Shown here piece by piece: positions 28,974 through 38,776 of a stretch of DNA of 64,000 bases. Position 1 is the stretch's first letter; each line of letters starts with the position of its first letter. Source of the stretch: an uncultured virus (IMG/VR IMGVR_UViG_3300021401_000002) (lineage: Duplodnaviria; Heunggongvirae; Uroviricota; Caudoviricetes); IMG/VR virus record IMGVR_UViG_3300021401_000002; one strand, written 5' to 3'. The position numbers and the translations under genes were made by a program. The notes under the pieces were generated by a model, which saw only the letters and a list, made by a program, of their open reading frames with translations, was not told where the DNA came from and made no database searches.

Positions 28974-29243
28974 CTACTCCCGTCCGTCGTGTTCGTTTTC
29001 GGCGAGCCAATGCTCGTAGCGATGTCTCACGAGCGCAACTGCCGCTCCTGTGAGCGCGCCCTTGAATGCTCCGCCGATTACACCGCCATCGAGGAGGCCC
29101 ACAACGCCGCCAACGAAGGCGCCGAAGGCTGCGTCTTGAGCTACGCGAGGACCTTCAGCGACTCGCTTGTCGAGCGCCTTGAGCTCCTCGAAGGTGAGTG
29201 CGATGGCGGCGTCGCCGCCAGAGACTGAGACAGCGCTGGGCAT
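28974..29243 (-). CDS. Small glycine-zipper membrane protein
   Basis: GAFVGGVVG...GALTGAAV. Confidence 0.5.
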   Translation of the reverse strand: MPSAVSVSGGDAAIALTFEELKALDKRVAEGPRVAQDAAFGAFVGGVVGLLDGGVIGGAFKGALTGAAVALVRHRYEHWLAENEHDGRE

Positions 29244-29253
29244 AGGTTTGAAC

Positions 29254-29439
29254 CTAGTACTCCTTCGAGTTGAAACCAGGACGACGCGTGAAGGAGTAAT
29301 CGCCTCCAGGTGGACCGCCACGACCGACGTAGTGCGAAGACAAAGAGGGCCTCTTGTGTCTCGAGTACAAGAAAATCCCACCAATGACCGCCGCAGCTAC
29401 AGCGGTCATCGTCTTCAGGGAAGACCTCTTCGTCCTCAT
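29254..29439 (-). CDS. Small TM protein
   Basis: AVAAAVIGGIFLY. Confidence 0.45.
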   Translation of the reverse strand: MRTKRSSLKTMTAVAAAVIGGIFLYSRHKRPSLSSHYVGRGGPPGGDYSFTRRPGFNSKEY

Positions 29440-29455
29440 TCGGCGAGACACTGAG

Positions 29456-29833
29456 TCACTCCCAGCCGTATTGCTGACCAGCGTGCGCGTACGGCCACGG
29501 GCCGCCCGGAGCGTTGAGCGCCCACCCGCCAAAAGGCATGGTTCCCCTGTTCCAGCCTGGCATTGCATTCGCGCCTGCATGGATCGCACCCGGAGGCGGA
29601 ATTGCTGATGGCAAAACGGGCGGAGGCGGAGGAAGATGTCTTGCAAGACCTTTCCCGCCGAGAACACCGGAGATCTTGCGCGTGGTCTTTGTAACGATGC
29701 TCATGCCCTTTGGCGCGATCATGTGATCGGCGGCGAGCACGAGCGCAGTTGCGCCGAGAGCGATTTCGAGTGCGCTACGGCGATGAAGAAACTTCTTCGT
29801 CCCCGCGATTGTGCCCTTGATGAGACCTGCCAT
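29456..29833 (-). CDS. Small TM protein
   Basis: IALGATALVLAADH. Confidence 0.55.
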   Translation of the reverse strand: MAGLIKGTIAGTKKFLHRRSALEIALGATALVLAADHMIAPKGMSIVTKTTRKISGVLGGKGLARHLPPPPPVLPSAIPPPGAIHAGANAMPGWNRGTMPFGGWALNAPGGPWPYAHAGQQYGWE

Positions 29834-29883
29834 GACTTCTTCTCTTTCTTTCGTTCGAACGTGGAGTTTTGGGTTTGAGTCGA

Positions 29884-30369
29884 TTATCGACGATGTTCTT
29901 CTTCGTGACGGCGATGCTCTTCGCGATGGTGCTCGTCGTGTTGACCCTCGCCCGAATGGAATCCGCGATGGCCAGGAGCATGCTGGCCCGAAAACGGATC
30001 CGTCCACCCGAAGACGTCGCCGAAGAGATTCCAGCCCGTCACATGCGGACCGATTTTCGGAGCGAACGGTGACAGCGAAATGAGCGGCTCGCCCTTGGCG
30101 TGCTTGACGGCGTTGTACGCGAGCAGGGTTCCGAGTCCGAGACCTGCGGCCATGCCAACTTTCTTATTCAGGCGATATGTGCCGAAGACCGCAAGACCCA
30201 AGCCGCCAAGCGTCGCAACGGAACCGATCGCAGTTGCGTGCTTCCATTGGAAAGTATCGTGTTTTCCGAGGGCGACGTTCTCATGGTGATCTGCGAACGT
30301 TTTGGCGCCGATCACATACAGCGCTCCACCTGCTGCGATGAGTGTGTAGTTGGTAATCTTGCTGGACAT
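29884..30369 (-). CDS. Multi-TM protein with His-rich tail
   Basis: Three hydrophobic segments. Confidence 0.55.
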   Translation of the reverse strand: MSSKITNYTLIAAGGALYVIGAKTFADHHENVALGKHDTFQWKHATAIGSVATLGGLGLAVFGTYRLNKKVGMAAGLGLGTLLAYNAVKHAKGEPLISLSPFAPKIGPHVTGWNLFGDVFGWTDPFSGQHAPGHRGFHSGEGQHDEHHREEHRRHEEEHRR

Positions 30370-30385
30370 TACAGTCTTCTTTCTC

Positions 30386-30850
30386 TCAGCGGTGGTGATG
30401 GTGTTGATGCATGTGCGGCTGCTGCGGCTCGAATGGATGACGAGCGTGATAGAGCTGACGGGGTGCGCCCACGAATGCGCCACCTGTCACGACAGGCGTG
30501 AGTGGCGCTGGGACGCGGTGACGAGAATGAATGGAAGCCTGAGCTCTTTCCCACCCTTTGGGATCGAATAGCTTGATGACCTTGGGGGCAATCACAGCAA
30601 CAGATACGAGCGCTGTCGTAGCAACACCAAGTCCAACGGTGAGCCTCGGCGAGTGTTTGTAGCAGCCGTACCAAAAGAAACCGCTGCCCACCAAACCGAG
30701 CACCTTGAAAGCTTGCGATGCTTGCTCGGCGTCCAGTCTCTTGACCGGATCTTCTCGCTCGAGTGACTGCTTGAGGGCCACCTGAGACAGACCCTCTGAA
30801 AGAAGGCTGAGAGCAGTTCCGCCGAGAACGAGCTTGGTTATCGTGTGCAT
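30386..30850 (-). CDS. Multi-TM protein with His-rich tail
   Basis: Three hydrophobic segments. Confidence 0.55.
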   Translation of the reverse strand: MHTITKLVLGGTALSLLSEGLSQVALKQSLEREDPVKRLDAEQASQAFKVLGLVGSGFFWYGCYKHSPRLTVGLGVATTALVSVAVIAPKVIKLFDPKGWERAQASIHSRHRVPAPLTPVVTGGAFVGAPRQLYHARHPFEPQQPHMHQHHHHR

Positions 30851-30854
30851 CAGA

Positions 30855-31160
30855 TCACCACCAGGGATAGCCTGCGGGCGGCGCGAAGACCTCTTGCCCT
30901 TGTGGATAGCCGTAAGGCATCGTCGACTGAGGCAGTGCAGCAGAAGCGCCTGCTGGGTCGAGACCCGCGAAGAAATCTCGCCCGCCATGACCGGAGACCG
31001 ACACGCGCGCTCGACCAAGCGACACCGACGCTCCACCAATGAGTGTCAGAGCTCCGCCGATGCCTCCACCCCAAAGCGCTGACTTCATCACATCGCCCTT
31101 GGTGGCTGCCGCGTAGACGCCGCCAATCGCTGCTCCCAAAAGTACGGTTCCAAATCGCAT
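30855..31160 (-). CDS. Small glycine-zipper membrane protein
   Basis: MRFGTVLLGAAIGG. Confidence 0.55.
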   Translation of the reverse strand: MRFGTVLLGAAIGGVYAAATKGDVMKSALWGGGIGGALTLIGGASVSLGRARVSVSGHGGRDFFAGLDPAGASAALPQSTMPYGYPQGQEVFAPPAGYPWW

Positions 31161-31246
31161 AGTCGTTTCCTTTTTCCTAACGTGTCTTTTTGTGACGCGC
31201 TGCACGTTTGATGGCCATTTCCGCTTTTCGAAAAGCGTAGAACTCC

Positions 31247-31849
31247 TCACTGCATCCAATACGGTCCAGTGAAAGGACCGTAATTGGGATCGAATGGATA
31301 CCCCGGAGGAGTCCAGAGCGGCGGGTACGTGTACGCAGGCCATCCCCACCATCCGCCCCAGCCATAAGGCCAGCCCCATCCGCCCCAGCCACCCCATCCG
31401 CCTCCGCCGCCCCAGCCTCCCCAACCATGACCGCCGAAGCCGTGGCCGCCAAAGCCGCCACCACCGCCGCGACCTCCGCCGCCGCCATGACCTCCTCCGC
31501 CGCCCCCGCCACGTCCAACTTCGAAACGACCGGCTGCCAAATGATAACCGGCGCGATGTGTTGGAGGAAGCATTGGAGGCTGAGGAGAGGGTTCAGGCTG
31601 CATGTCTTGATCTTGTGGTGGCTGATACGAACGCTGAGAACGTCTACCTCCGCCGCCCCGCCCAACCACGTAACAACCCGTTACCGGATCATAAAACGCA
31701 GTCGGCGGAAGTCGCTCGCGAGAATCGGATGCAGGCTCGAACCCGGACCCATCTTGCTCGGCAAATCGCTCTTGATGTGCCTGAAGACGAGGATCGGGTA
31801 GAGCAACACTCGAAGCTGGAACGAGCGCAAGCGGATCGGCGGGAGGCAT
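31247..31849 (-). CDS. Gly/Trp-rich low-complexity protein
   Basis: GGW repeats, SD AGGAG. Confidence 0.55.
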   Translation of the reverse strand: MPPADPLALVPASSVALPDPRLQAHQERFAEQDGSGFEPASDSRERLPPTAFYDPVTGCYVVGRGGGGRRSQRSYQPPQDQDMQPEPSPQPPMLPPTHRAGYHLAAGRFEVGRGGGGGGGHGGGGGRGGGGGFGGHGFGGHGWGGWGGGGGWGGWGGWGWPYGWGGWWGWPAYTYPPLWTPPGYPFDPNYGPFTGPYWMQ

Positions 31850-31885
31850 GACGTTCTCCTTTGTTGGAAACTAGAACGAAACGCG

Positions 31886-32008
31886 TTACCGCGTGAAACG
31901 GTGCGATGCGTGACGACGACGGCGGAAGATGCGTGCAATGGCGGCCTTTGCGGCACGTGCACGGCGGAGGTTGCGGTTCCAGATTCGCTTGCGAGCTGCC
32001 TTGTTCAT
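31886..32008 (-). CDS. Protamine-like 40-aa basic peptide
   Basis: MNKAARKRIWNRNLRRARAAKAAIARIFRRRRHASHRFTR; below the ORF-track cutoff. Confidence 0.5.
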   Translation of the reverse strand: MNKAARKRIWNRNLRRARAAKAAIARIFRRRRHASHRFTR

Positions 32009-32052
32009 GACTTATCTGCCTTCTTTCTTGACTGTTGTTTGAGAAACGAGAA

Positions 32053-33921
32053 TCAAAACGGTGGCCAGTAAGGATAACCCAAAGCGGGATATCCGGGATA
32101 GGTGTAATGCGAATCGTATGCGGCGGGCGAATACAGATCGATGTTGCCCCACGGATCGGTGAATGGCATCTGCCATCCCGTCACCGTCTCATCGCCGTTC
32201 GTCTGTCCTACAGGTTGAGTACCGCCGCTTCCGCTGTCGCTTGCTGCTCCATCGGTCTCCGCAGATGACGCCTGTGCGGCAGGAGCTTGTGACCCGTCAC
32301 CGTCTTGGTCGGAGCCCGGAAGTTTGCCATCATCGGCTGTCGGAACATCTTGTCCCGTGTCCGCCGAAAATTGCGTATTCGCTTGTGACTCTTCAGCTTC
32401 GAGTGTGATGCCTTCTTGCTCGCCTGCAGGCGTGAGACGGTAGACAACGTGACCACTTGGAGCGGAGAGTTGCTCGACGTAGCAGCCATACGGTCCTCGA
32501 CGCCAGCACATCGCATTCCACCCGTAGAAACGCGGATCGATTTCGCGTGCCCATGACGGGTGTCCATAGCCACCACCCCAGCGCCGACCGCCGAAGCCGA
32601 ACATTCGACCGCGCTCACCGCCGAAGCCACGTTCACCGCCGAAGCCGTGTTCACCGCCGAAGCCGTGTTCACCGCCAAAGCCGCGCTCCTCAGGACGACG
32701 CGGATCAGCACGCTCGGCTTGTCGCGCAGCCTCGAACGAGCCTTGACGGTCACCTCGAATTTCGGCGTGTGCTCCTCGAGCATGAGCCGCAGCAGCTTGC
32801 GTGTGACTTTGTGCGAACCTCGCGTGCTGTGCTGCGACTCGCGAATCAGGATGCGTTGCAGCTTGCGTCGCATGATGCTGCGCAAGTGACGCATGCGTCT
32901 GTGCGGCCTGCGAATGCGAAGCTGCAGCGGTATTCTTCGCTGCAGGGTGCGATGCTGCTGCATGAGCCGATGCAGCCTGAGTTGCTGCCGATGCTGATTG
33001 CGTCACGGCAACACCAACCATGTGACGACGTTCGCGTTCTTGTTCTTGATGCTCGCGAAGCGCAGGGTCAATCATTCCTGGCTGCTGCATGCCTGGCTGA
33101 CGCGCTCCGTGATCCCCGAAGGGAGACATCTCCATTCCCGGCATTCCCATATCCGGGTGAGGATGATGAGGATGGTGAGGATGGTGAGGATGGTGAGGAT
33201 GGTGATGGTGCTGTCCGTGCCTGTGATGTTCGAAGACTGCTTGCAGCGGATCGAACCCCGTTGCGACGATGTGCTGCTGCTGACGGCGCCAATCGTCGAG
33301 CGTCTTCGGGAACGGTGTCTCGGGAGGCGGAGCCGGAATGATCGGCTGACACGAATTCGTGCGAGGATCCCAGAAATACCCAGCGGGGCACGGAAGCACA
33401 GGTACGACGGTTCCATCGCCGACATGCATGCCCGTGTGTTGAAGTTGAGTTTGCGGCGTTTGCGCGAGTGCTTGATAGTACTGCATTGCAGCGGCGAGCT
33501 CAGGCGGCACACTCGGATCAACGCCCGTATGAACAGGCGCCGCCTGCGGAGACTGAAAACGAGGTTGGAGCTGCGTCGTTGGCGTTTGCGCAAGCGCTTG
33601 GTACTGCTGCATCGCTGCTTGAAGCTCGGCTGGAACCGCGACTCCGTTGCCGGCGTATTCGTAGCCGGTACGAAGCACAGGCGAAGGCGGAGCAGAGGTC
33701 AACTGTTGAAGGTCCAAAGCATGAACCCAACCTATGAAACCTCCAGAAGCGACCTCGACGATGTAGCCGTCACCTCTTGGGGTTCCCATGATGACCGTAC
33801 CCGCGGGAATACCTCTCCCAGCAAGTGGTGTAGACCCATCGCGATCAAAGATCGCAGCGCCTTGAGGATTGACGACGCGGTACTGAAGCTCGCCTGCGTA
33901 GCCTGCAAATGAAGAGGTCAT
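32053..33921 (-). CDS. SH3b-like N-terminal domain plus His/Gln/Gly-rich repeats
   Basis: YRVVNPQGA...GFIGWVHALDL; HHP and GFGGE(H/R) repeats; internal duplicated ELxAAMQxYQALAQTP. Confidence 0.65.
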   Translation of the reverse strand: MTSSFAGYAGELQYRVVNPQGAAIFDRDGSTPLAGRGIPAGTVIMGTPRGDGYIVEVASGGFIGWVHALDLQQLTSAPPSPVLRTGYEYAGNGVAVPAELQAAMQQYQALAQTPTTQLQPRFQSPQAAPVHTGVDPSVPPELAAAMQYYQALAQTPQTQLQHTGMHVGDGTVVPVLPCPAGYFWDPRTNSCQPIIPAPPPETPFPKTLDDWRRQQQHIVATGFDPLQAVFEHHRHGQHHHHPHHPHHPHHPHHPHPDMGMPGMEMSPFGDHGARQPGMQQPGMIDPALREHQEQERERRHMVGVAVTQSASAATQAASAHAAASHPAAKNTAAASHSQAAQTHASLAQHHATQAATHPDSRVAAQHARFAQSHTQAAAAHARGAHAEIRGDRQGSFEAARQAERADPRRPEERGFGGEHGFGGEHGFGGERGFGGERGRMFGFGGRRWGGGYGHPSWAREIDPRFYGWNAMCWRRGPYGCYVEQLSAPSGHVVYRLTPAGEQEGITLEAEESQANTQFSADTGQDVPTADDGKLPGSDQDGDGSQAPAAQASSAETDGAASDSGSGGTQPVGQTNGDETVTGWQMPFTDPWGNIDLYSPAAYDSHYTYPGYPALGYPYWPPF

Positions 33922-34421
33922 TATGTTGTTTCCACCATTCTAGTCAGCGCTGTTATACGCTTGGGTGGAAGACGCACTCCACCAAAACCGCTTGTGCGTG
34001 CGCCAACGATTTTCTCGGCAATGCCACCAAGCTTCTTTGCAACAGGCTTTGCGCTTTCTGAAGATCGGAAGATGAAGTAGAGCGCGAGCGCAGCACCTGC
34101 AACGATGGCGATCTTGGCAGCGCCTGACCAATCCGTTTTGTCACTCGAACGAGAATCCATGGGAATGGGCGGCATCAGCGCTCCAAATCCACCAGGAAGC
34201 TGAAATCTGCCTTGGCGAGCATCTTGGAAGCCTTCGTAGACACCGATGGGCGGCACGAGGACGCCCGGCAAGCTCACGCCGGTAAAGACCTCGTCCTCTC
34301 CACCTTGAGGACTCGTAAAGAACTGATTCTCGGAATCATAATTCGAAGCGTAGGGCACTTCGTACCCTGGTGCGCCCATCGAACCGCTGTATCCCGGTCC
34401 ACGGATGTGAGATCGACTCAT
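33921..34421 (-). CDS. TM protein
   Basis: DWSGAAKIAIVAGAALALYFIF. Confidence 0.55.
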   Translation of the reverse strand: MSRSHIRGPGYSGSMGAPGYEVPYASNYDSENQFFTSPQGGEDEVFTGVSLPGVLVPPIGVYEGFQDARQGRFQLPGGFGALMPPIPMDSRSSDKTDWSGAAKIAIVAGAALALYFIFRSSESAKPVAKKLGGIAEKIVGARTSGFGGVRLPPKRITALTRMVETT

Positions 34422-34612
34422 GTGAACCTCCCTCGTGCGCTGTCTTTGAGTCCGCGCATGGTTGAAGCACCAACAGCAACATGACGGTAGACGAAGTACG
34501 TCCCAACTGCTGCAGCACACACGGCTGCAATCTTGAACACACCGCTCCAATCCGAAGAAGACTTCTTCGCAACTAGACCGGCAAATTGAAGATCGGAAAA
34601 CCTCTTCGTCAT
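34418..34612 (-). CDS. Small TM protein (paralogous TM segment to 33921-34421)
   Basis: DWSGVFKIAAVCAAAVGTYFVY. Confidence 0.5.
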   Translation of the reverse strand: MTKRFSDLQFAGLVAKKSSSDWSGVFKIAAVCAAAVGTYFVYRHVAVGASTMRGLKDSARGRFT

Positions 34613-34959
34613 CGGGTTCCTCCTTCAGAGGTTACACCCAGACCCAAAATACGCCTAGCTTGCTGCCAGTCCTCGTCAGAGACGCAAGATCCGAAGACCT
34701 CTTGCGAAAGAACAACTTCGGGCACCGAATATGGCGGACCTTCGAAGCGACTGGGATGAATCTGCGTTGATTCGAGTCGCACACGTTCCTTGACGCCCGT
34801 GTTCGCTCGAGTTCTCGTAATCCACACTTCGCTGAGACAAATCGCTGTGATGGTGCGCGTTCCAATGTCAGAGGTCTTCCAAGTCTGATTTCGAAAGTGG
34901 AAGACCTCTCCAATTTTGAAATCCCCTGGAACCTTCTTTGTAGAAGCCCTCTCAGTCAT
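34609..34959 (-). CDS. Hypothetical protein
   Basis: 116 aa, start/stop overlaps on both sides. Confidence 0.5.
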   Translation of the reverse strand: MTERASTKKVPGDFKIGEVFHFRNQTWKTSDIGTRTITAICLSEVWITRTRANTGVKERVRLESTQIHPSRFEGPPYSVPEVVLSQEVFGSCVSDEDWQQARRILGLGVTSEGGTR

Positions 34960-35498
34960 GGGAATACCATCGCAGGTTGATAGAGAGGACCGACAGCTTG
35001 CTGCGTCACATCATCGGGAGCAGCGCCGCCGTACCAGACGATGATTTCCATGCCGCCACCGCTGGCGTTTGGAGCTCCAGGCCCCATGGGGTCCGTGGCT
35101 GTATCGGTGTCGTCCACGACGACGACTCGAATCTGCGTTGCTCCCGCGCCTGGCGTAGAGACGAACGCGACCGAACGCGGTGTGAGCGTCGTCGAACCGG
35201 GAGCTGTCGTTCCGCCACGCATCATCATTGCAACTCGCGCGAAGTCTGGGTCGATGGCATACGGACCGATACGGCCGTCAGGCAATCCATTTCCTCCAGG
35301 CTGGTTGATGAGTTGTCCCGAGCTGATGTCAGACGCGATGGTGCCTTCGTCGAACGTAAGCGTGAAGTCGCCTGGACCTCCGGTGCTGCGCTCGATACTC
35401 GAGAAGCCGCGTCCCGTGACGATGGGATCGCCGGCTGCGTCGATCGCGATGAGACCGTGCGCAATGACTTGAAGAGGCGTTGCTGCGTAGTCAGCCAT
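34956..35498 (-). CDS. Beta-rich structural paralog 4
   Basis: GDFTLTFDEG...GMEIIVW. Confidence 0.65.
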   Translation of the reverse strand: MADYAATPLQVIAHGLIAIDAAGDPIVTGRGFSSIERSTGGPGDFTLTFDEGTIASDISSGQLINQPGGNGLPDGRIGPYAIDPDFARVAMMMRGGTTAPGSTTLTPRSVAFVSTPGAGATQIRVVVVDDTDTATDPMGPGAPNASGGGMEIIVWYGGAAPDDVTQQAVGPLYQPAMVFP

Positions 35499-35896
35499 TA
35501 CTCGCTCCTCCACACGATGATCTCGAATCCGCCCGTCGGATCGGCAAGCGCTAGCGGATGCGTTTGCATGATCACACCAATTCGATCTGCACCGACTCCT
35601 GGAATTGCCGAAGTGAGATACACGACCGCGATGGTGATGATGTTCGGAGTAGGTACTGGAAGCACCCCTCGCGTCTGAATCATCGTACGCACGTTGTTGT
35701 CGAAAAGCGGATTGGCTCCCGGTGGCACAGCTCCTGCGTTACCGATGAGCCCCTCGTCGAGGGTGAGGATGTATCCGCCCAATGCAAAACCGGGAGCGCG
35801 TTCGATGAACGAAACACCTTCACCGTTGAAGACCGGAGCTCCGCCCACGAACGTGACGACGCCTTGAACGATCGGCTCGAAGAGGATGCCCGTCAC
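35498..35896 (-). CDS. Beta-rich structural paralog 3
   Basis: GGYILTLDEGLIG...GFEIIVW. Confidence 0.65.
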   Translation of the reverse strand: MTGILFEPIVQGVVTFVGGAPVFNGEGVSFIERAPGFALGGYILTLDEGLIGNAGAVPPGANPLFDNNVRTMIQTRGVLPVPTPNIITIAVVYLTSAIPGVGADRIGVIMQTHPLALADPTGGFEIIVWRSE

Positions 35897-36336
35897 GGCA
35901 CTGGCCCCCCTCCAAGCCCCTTCCAGATGACGATCTCGAAACCGTTGAAGGGGTCTGCTGGAACGAGACCAGGGTTCGTCAAAACGATGTCGATGGCGAT
36001 GGCTCCAGCAGCGGTCGCAACGTACGCGAAGCCAATTCCAAAGATGCCGGAGATCGGCGGAACACCAACGCCGAGCGGCATGATGTTGGTGCGCACGTTG
36101 GGGTCAATGGGCAAAACCTGCGGAGGAATCGGAAGCGGCTCGACAGCGCCCGCGAGACCGATCAAGCCTGGATCGAAAGAAAGAAGATAGTGTCCTGGTC
36201 CGATGTAAACGGGCGCAAGACCTCCCACTTCGATGATGCCGTGACCTTGGAACGCGATGTTCGGAACGCCGCCAGGGAACGTGACGAGTCCCTGAACGAG
36301 CGGCTGAATGGGAGCGGAGGCAGCAATTTCACCCAT
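35893..36336 (-). CDS. Beta-rich structural paralog 2
   Basis: GHYLLSFDPGLIG...GFEIVIW. Confidence 0.65.
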   Translation of the reverse strand: MGEIAASAPIQPLVQGLVTFPGGVPNIAFQGHGIIEVGGLAPVYIGPGHYLLSFDPGLIGLAGAVEPLPIPPQVLPIDPNVRTNIMPLGVGVPPISGIFGIGFAYVATAAGAIAIDIVLTNPGLVPADPFNGFEIVIWKGLGGGPVP

Positions 36337-36522
36337 CCGAGACGCTTCTCTCCCTGTAGCGTCGATTTTTGGACGCAGACAGCAAATGGAAGACGTTCGA
36401 CGAGGTCATCGAAGATGATCGAGCTACGCGCCTCAGTCTCTGACGGCGACGCCGTCAACCCACGCATCCCGCAACCCAAAAGGCAGAAGGATGCGTGGTG
36501 GAGCTCAGACACGCAGCGCGAA

Positions 36523-36861
36523 TCAGTTGCTCGGATCTGCCCAGATGACGTAGTCGAACGCTTCGTTGGCTGCGGCGCCCGCAGCGATCTGCGTCGTGAA
36601 CGCGATCTGCAACTGACCGCCCACGAGAGTCTTCGTGAGACCGGCAACGTTGGCGTTGGCTGCAGAGCCGAGAAGACTGATCAAAACGCGAGCTTTGCTG
36701 GGTGCCGCGTTGTCACCAAGAAGGCCTGCATCGAGCGTGATGGTGTACGTGCCTGCTGCCGATGCAGCAACGATCGCACCCGTACCCGACTGTGTGAGCG
36801 CGCCAAAGGTTCCGTTGGTCGTACCGTTGGCGAGACATTGGAGTTGCGACGCGTCGTTCAT
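36523..36861 (-). CDS. Beta-rich structural paralog 1
   Basis: GTYTITLDAGLLG...AFDYVIW; SD AGGAG. Confidence 0.65.
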   Translation of the reverse strand: MNDASQLQCLANGTTNGTFGALTQSGTGAIVAASAAGTYTITLDAGLLGDNAAPSKARVLISLLGSAANANVAGLTKTLVGGQLQIAFTTQIAAGAAANEAFDYVIWADPSN

Positions 36862-37170
36862 GAGAGGTGCTCCTGGATCTTGATGGTTGACTGAAAACCG
36901 AACTCAAAATCGAGCGTTGACCTCGCCTAACCTTAGTCACGCACAGATTGTTCTGACCTAGACACTCTACACTGAGCGCTGTCAGGCACCAAATTCTGCT
37001 CCTTTCGCCTAAATCAAGGGCGTTCGTCGCTTCGCCAAAGTGTACGAACAACACGTACGACGACATGTACGTGATGCCACACCGCAACGGGAGCGATGAG
37101 CAAGACGAGCACGACATGCGCCATCGTAGTTTTCGGACCTAGCAATGCCGCCATCGCATGCACGATAGGC

Positions 37171-37911
37171 TCACTGCTCGAAACAAAGAAGCGAAAGTAG
37201 CGAGTTGCACGCGTAGCCCGCCGACAGTTGCGCATCGGTCCACATGAACCCTTGGTAGGTACCTGAATAGCCATTGTAGCCAACGGAAGCGTTCACGTTC
37301 GTCGATGTACCGTTCGTGAACTCGGAACAATCAGAATACCCGCTCCAGTGACCGGTTATCGATGTATCTGTCCAAGCGATGCCCGAATAGGGATCGACGC
37401 TCCAAGAAACAAGACCGTCATTCTCGTCACGGTTGATGGCGTGTTCGAGCGTGCCGCTCGTCAGATCAGACCAGTCATTGGCGATGAGTGTCCCATCGAG
37501 AAGCTTCCACGGTACGAGCGAATGAACAAAACGCGTAGCCGTATCCGATGTCGACGTCGAGGTCCAGCTCATCCAAGTTCCGCCAAGCGATGCACTGTCG
37601 GCCGCTGTTTGGCATTTGGCATCAGCTCCTGAAGTACCGCCGAGATTTGCAGTCCATTGCGAAGAGGTAATGAAGACGCGTCGAAACGTTGGACCTACAT
37701 ATCCATCGAACCCGTCGAAGAAGCTGTCGCCATTCGCATCTGCTGGGTCGCCTACATCGCCGCCTGCATCGCCATCACTGAGCAAGTGAGAATCACCTGA
37801 ATTGAGCGCATCGCTGGCGGCATCCGAAACAAGCTCGAACGTATCCGCCGAGCACGCAAAGAGGAAACTCGCAGTCAAGACCAGTGCGACAAGTAACGAT
37901 TTCGTGTTCAT
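37171..37911 (-). CDS. Lipoprotein with DUF1554-like domain
   Basis: Lipobox LFAC; Asp/Ala/Gly linker; RRVFITSSQWTANLGGTSGADAKCQ...LLCFEQ. Confidence 0.75.
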   Translation of the reverse strand: MNTKSLLVALVLTASFLFACSADTFELVSDAASDALNSGDSHLLSDGDAGGDVGDPADANGDSFFDGFDGYVGPTFRRVFITSSQWTANLGGTSGADAKCQTAADSASLGGTWMSWTSTSTSDTATRFVHSLVPWKLLDGTLIANDWSDLTSGTLEHAINRDENDGLVSWSVDPYSGIAWTDTSITGHWSGYSDCSEFTNGTSTNVNASVGYNGYSGTYQGFMWTDAQLSAGYACNSLLSLLCFEQ

Positions 37912-38591
37912 GGCTCGCACACTCCGAAGATGACGCCTGCAGCGCCTGGTAGATTGGAAGCTACAGCGGGCGCACAATGCCCGCCGTCGCCCTCGTTACA
38001 CTCCGCGTCCGATTTGCACGCTTGCACGACTCCAGTGCCAAGATGTGCAGCACATGAGCCTTCGAACCCGCTGTACAGGTCGTAACACATGGCAAAATTC
38101 CGTGGAGCAAACGTACCGGGACAACCGGGCGCGTAGCTGGTCGTCTCCACGCAGCAATAGACCGTGCTCGGATTCCCCTCTTTCAAACAGTCTGCCTGAC
38201 TTTGACAGGTGAAGAAGATTCCCGAATTGTAGGGCGGATTACCAAGAGCGTTTTTGCAAGACGTATAAGAAGGAGACGGATCGCATCCTACTCCGCCTTC
38301 GTCATCAAAGCAGATGGTAGCGCTCGTACCGGCGTCACAAGCTTGATACCCAGTGATGGCGCACGTAGCAGTCATGCCACTGTCACTTGCATCACCTGCG
38401 TCGCTCGCTGCATCCATCGAATCGCTCGACGAGTCGCTAGTATCCGCATCACTCGACGTCGAAGCGTCGCTCGGATCTCCGCTGTCGATGCCGAGCTTGA
38501 ACGCGCCGCCACCTTCGCCGCACCCGAGAACGAGAAACCCAAACGCAAATGCAAATGCAAATGGAAGAATCACGACTTTGTAAGACATCAC
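37908..38591 (-). CDS. Cys-rich lipoprotein (myxobacterial style)
   Basis: Lipobox VLGC; DAS/DAG linker; Cys-rich domain ending GVCEP. Confidence 0.7.
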   Translation of the reverse strand: MMSYKVVILPFAFAFAFGFLVLGCGEGGGAFKLGIDSGDPSDASTSSDADTSDSSSDSMDAASDAGDASDSGMTATCAITGYQACDAGTSATICFDDEGGVGCDPSPSYTSCKNALGNPPYNSGIFFTCQSQADCLKEGNPSTVYCCVETTSYAPGCPGTFAPRNFAMCYDLYSGFEGSCAAHLGTGVVQACKSDAECNEGDGGHCAPAVASNLPGAAGVIFGVCEP

Positions 38592-38770
38592 GTCCTCCTT
38601 GATGCTCGAAACTCAAACTCGTCGAACCCACGAATGACCGTGCGAAGAACGTCGCTTTTGTCGAGACCGAGCTTGTCGGCACGCTTCGTGAGCGCCGTGC
38701 TCTCTTCCACCGTCAACCGAAGCTTGAACTCGACAGGATGCTTCTTTCGCGGAGTCGCTTTCTGAGACAT
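38588..38770 (-). CDS. CopG/MobC-like ribbon-helix-helix regulator
   Basis: VEFKLRLTVEESTALTKRADKLGLDKSDVLR. Confidence 0.75.
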   Translation of the reverse strand: MSQKATPRKKHPVEFKLRLTVEESTALTKRADKLGLDKSDVLRTVIRGFDEFEFRASRRT

Positions 38771-38776
38771 ACCCTG

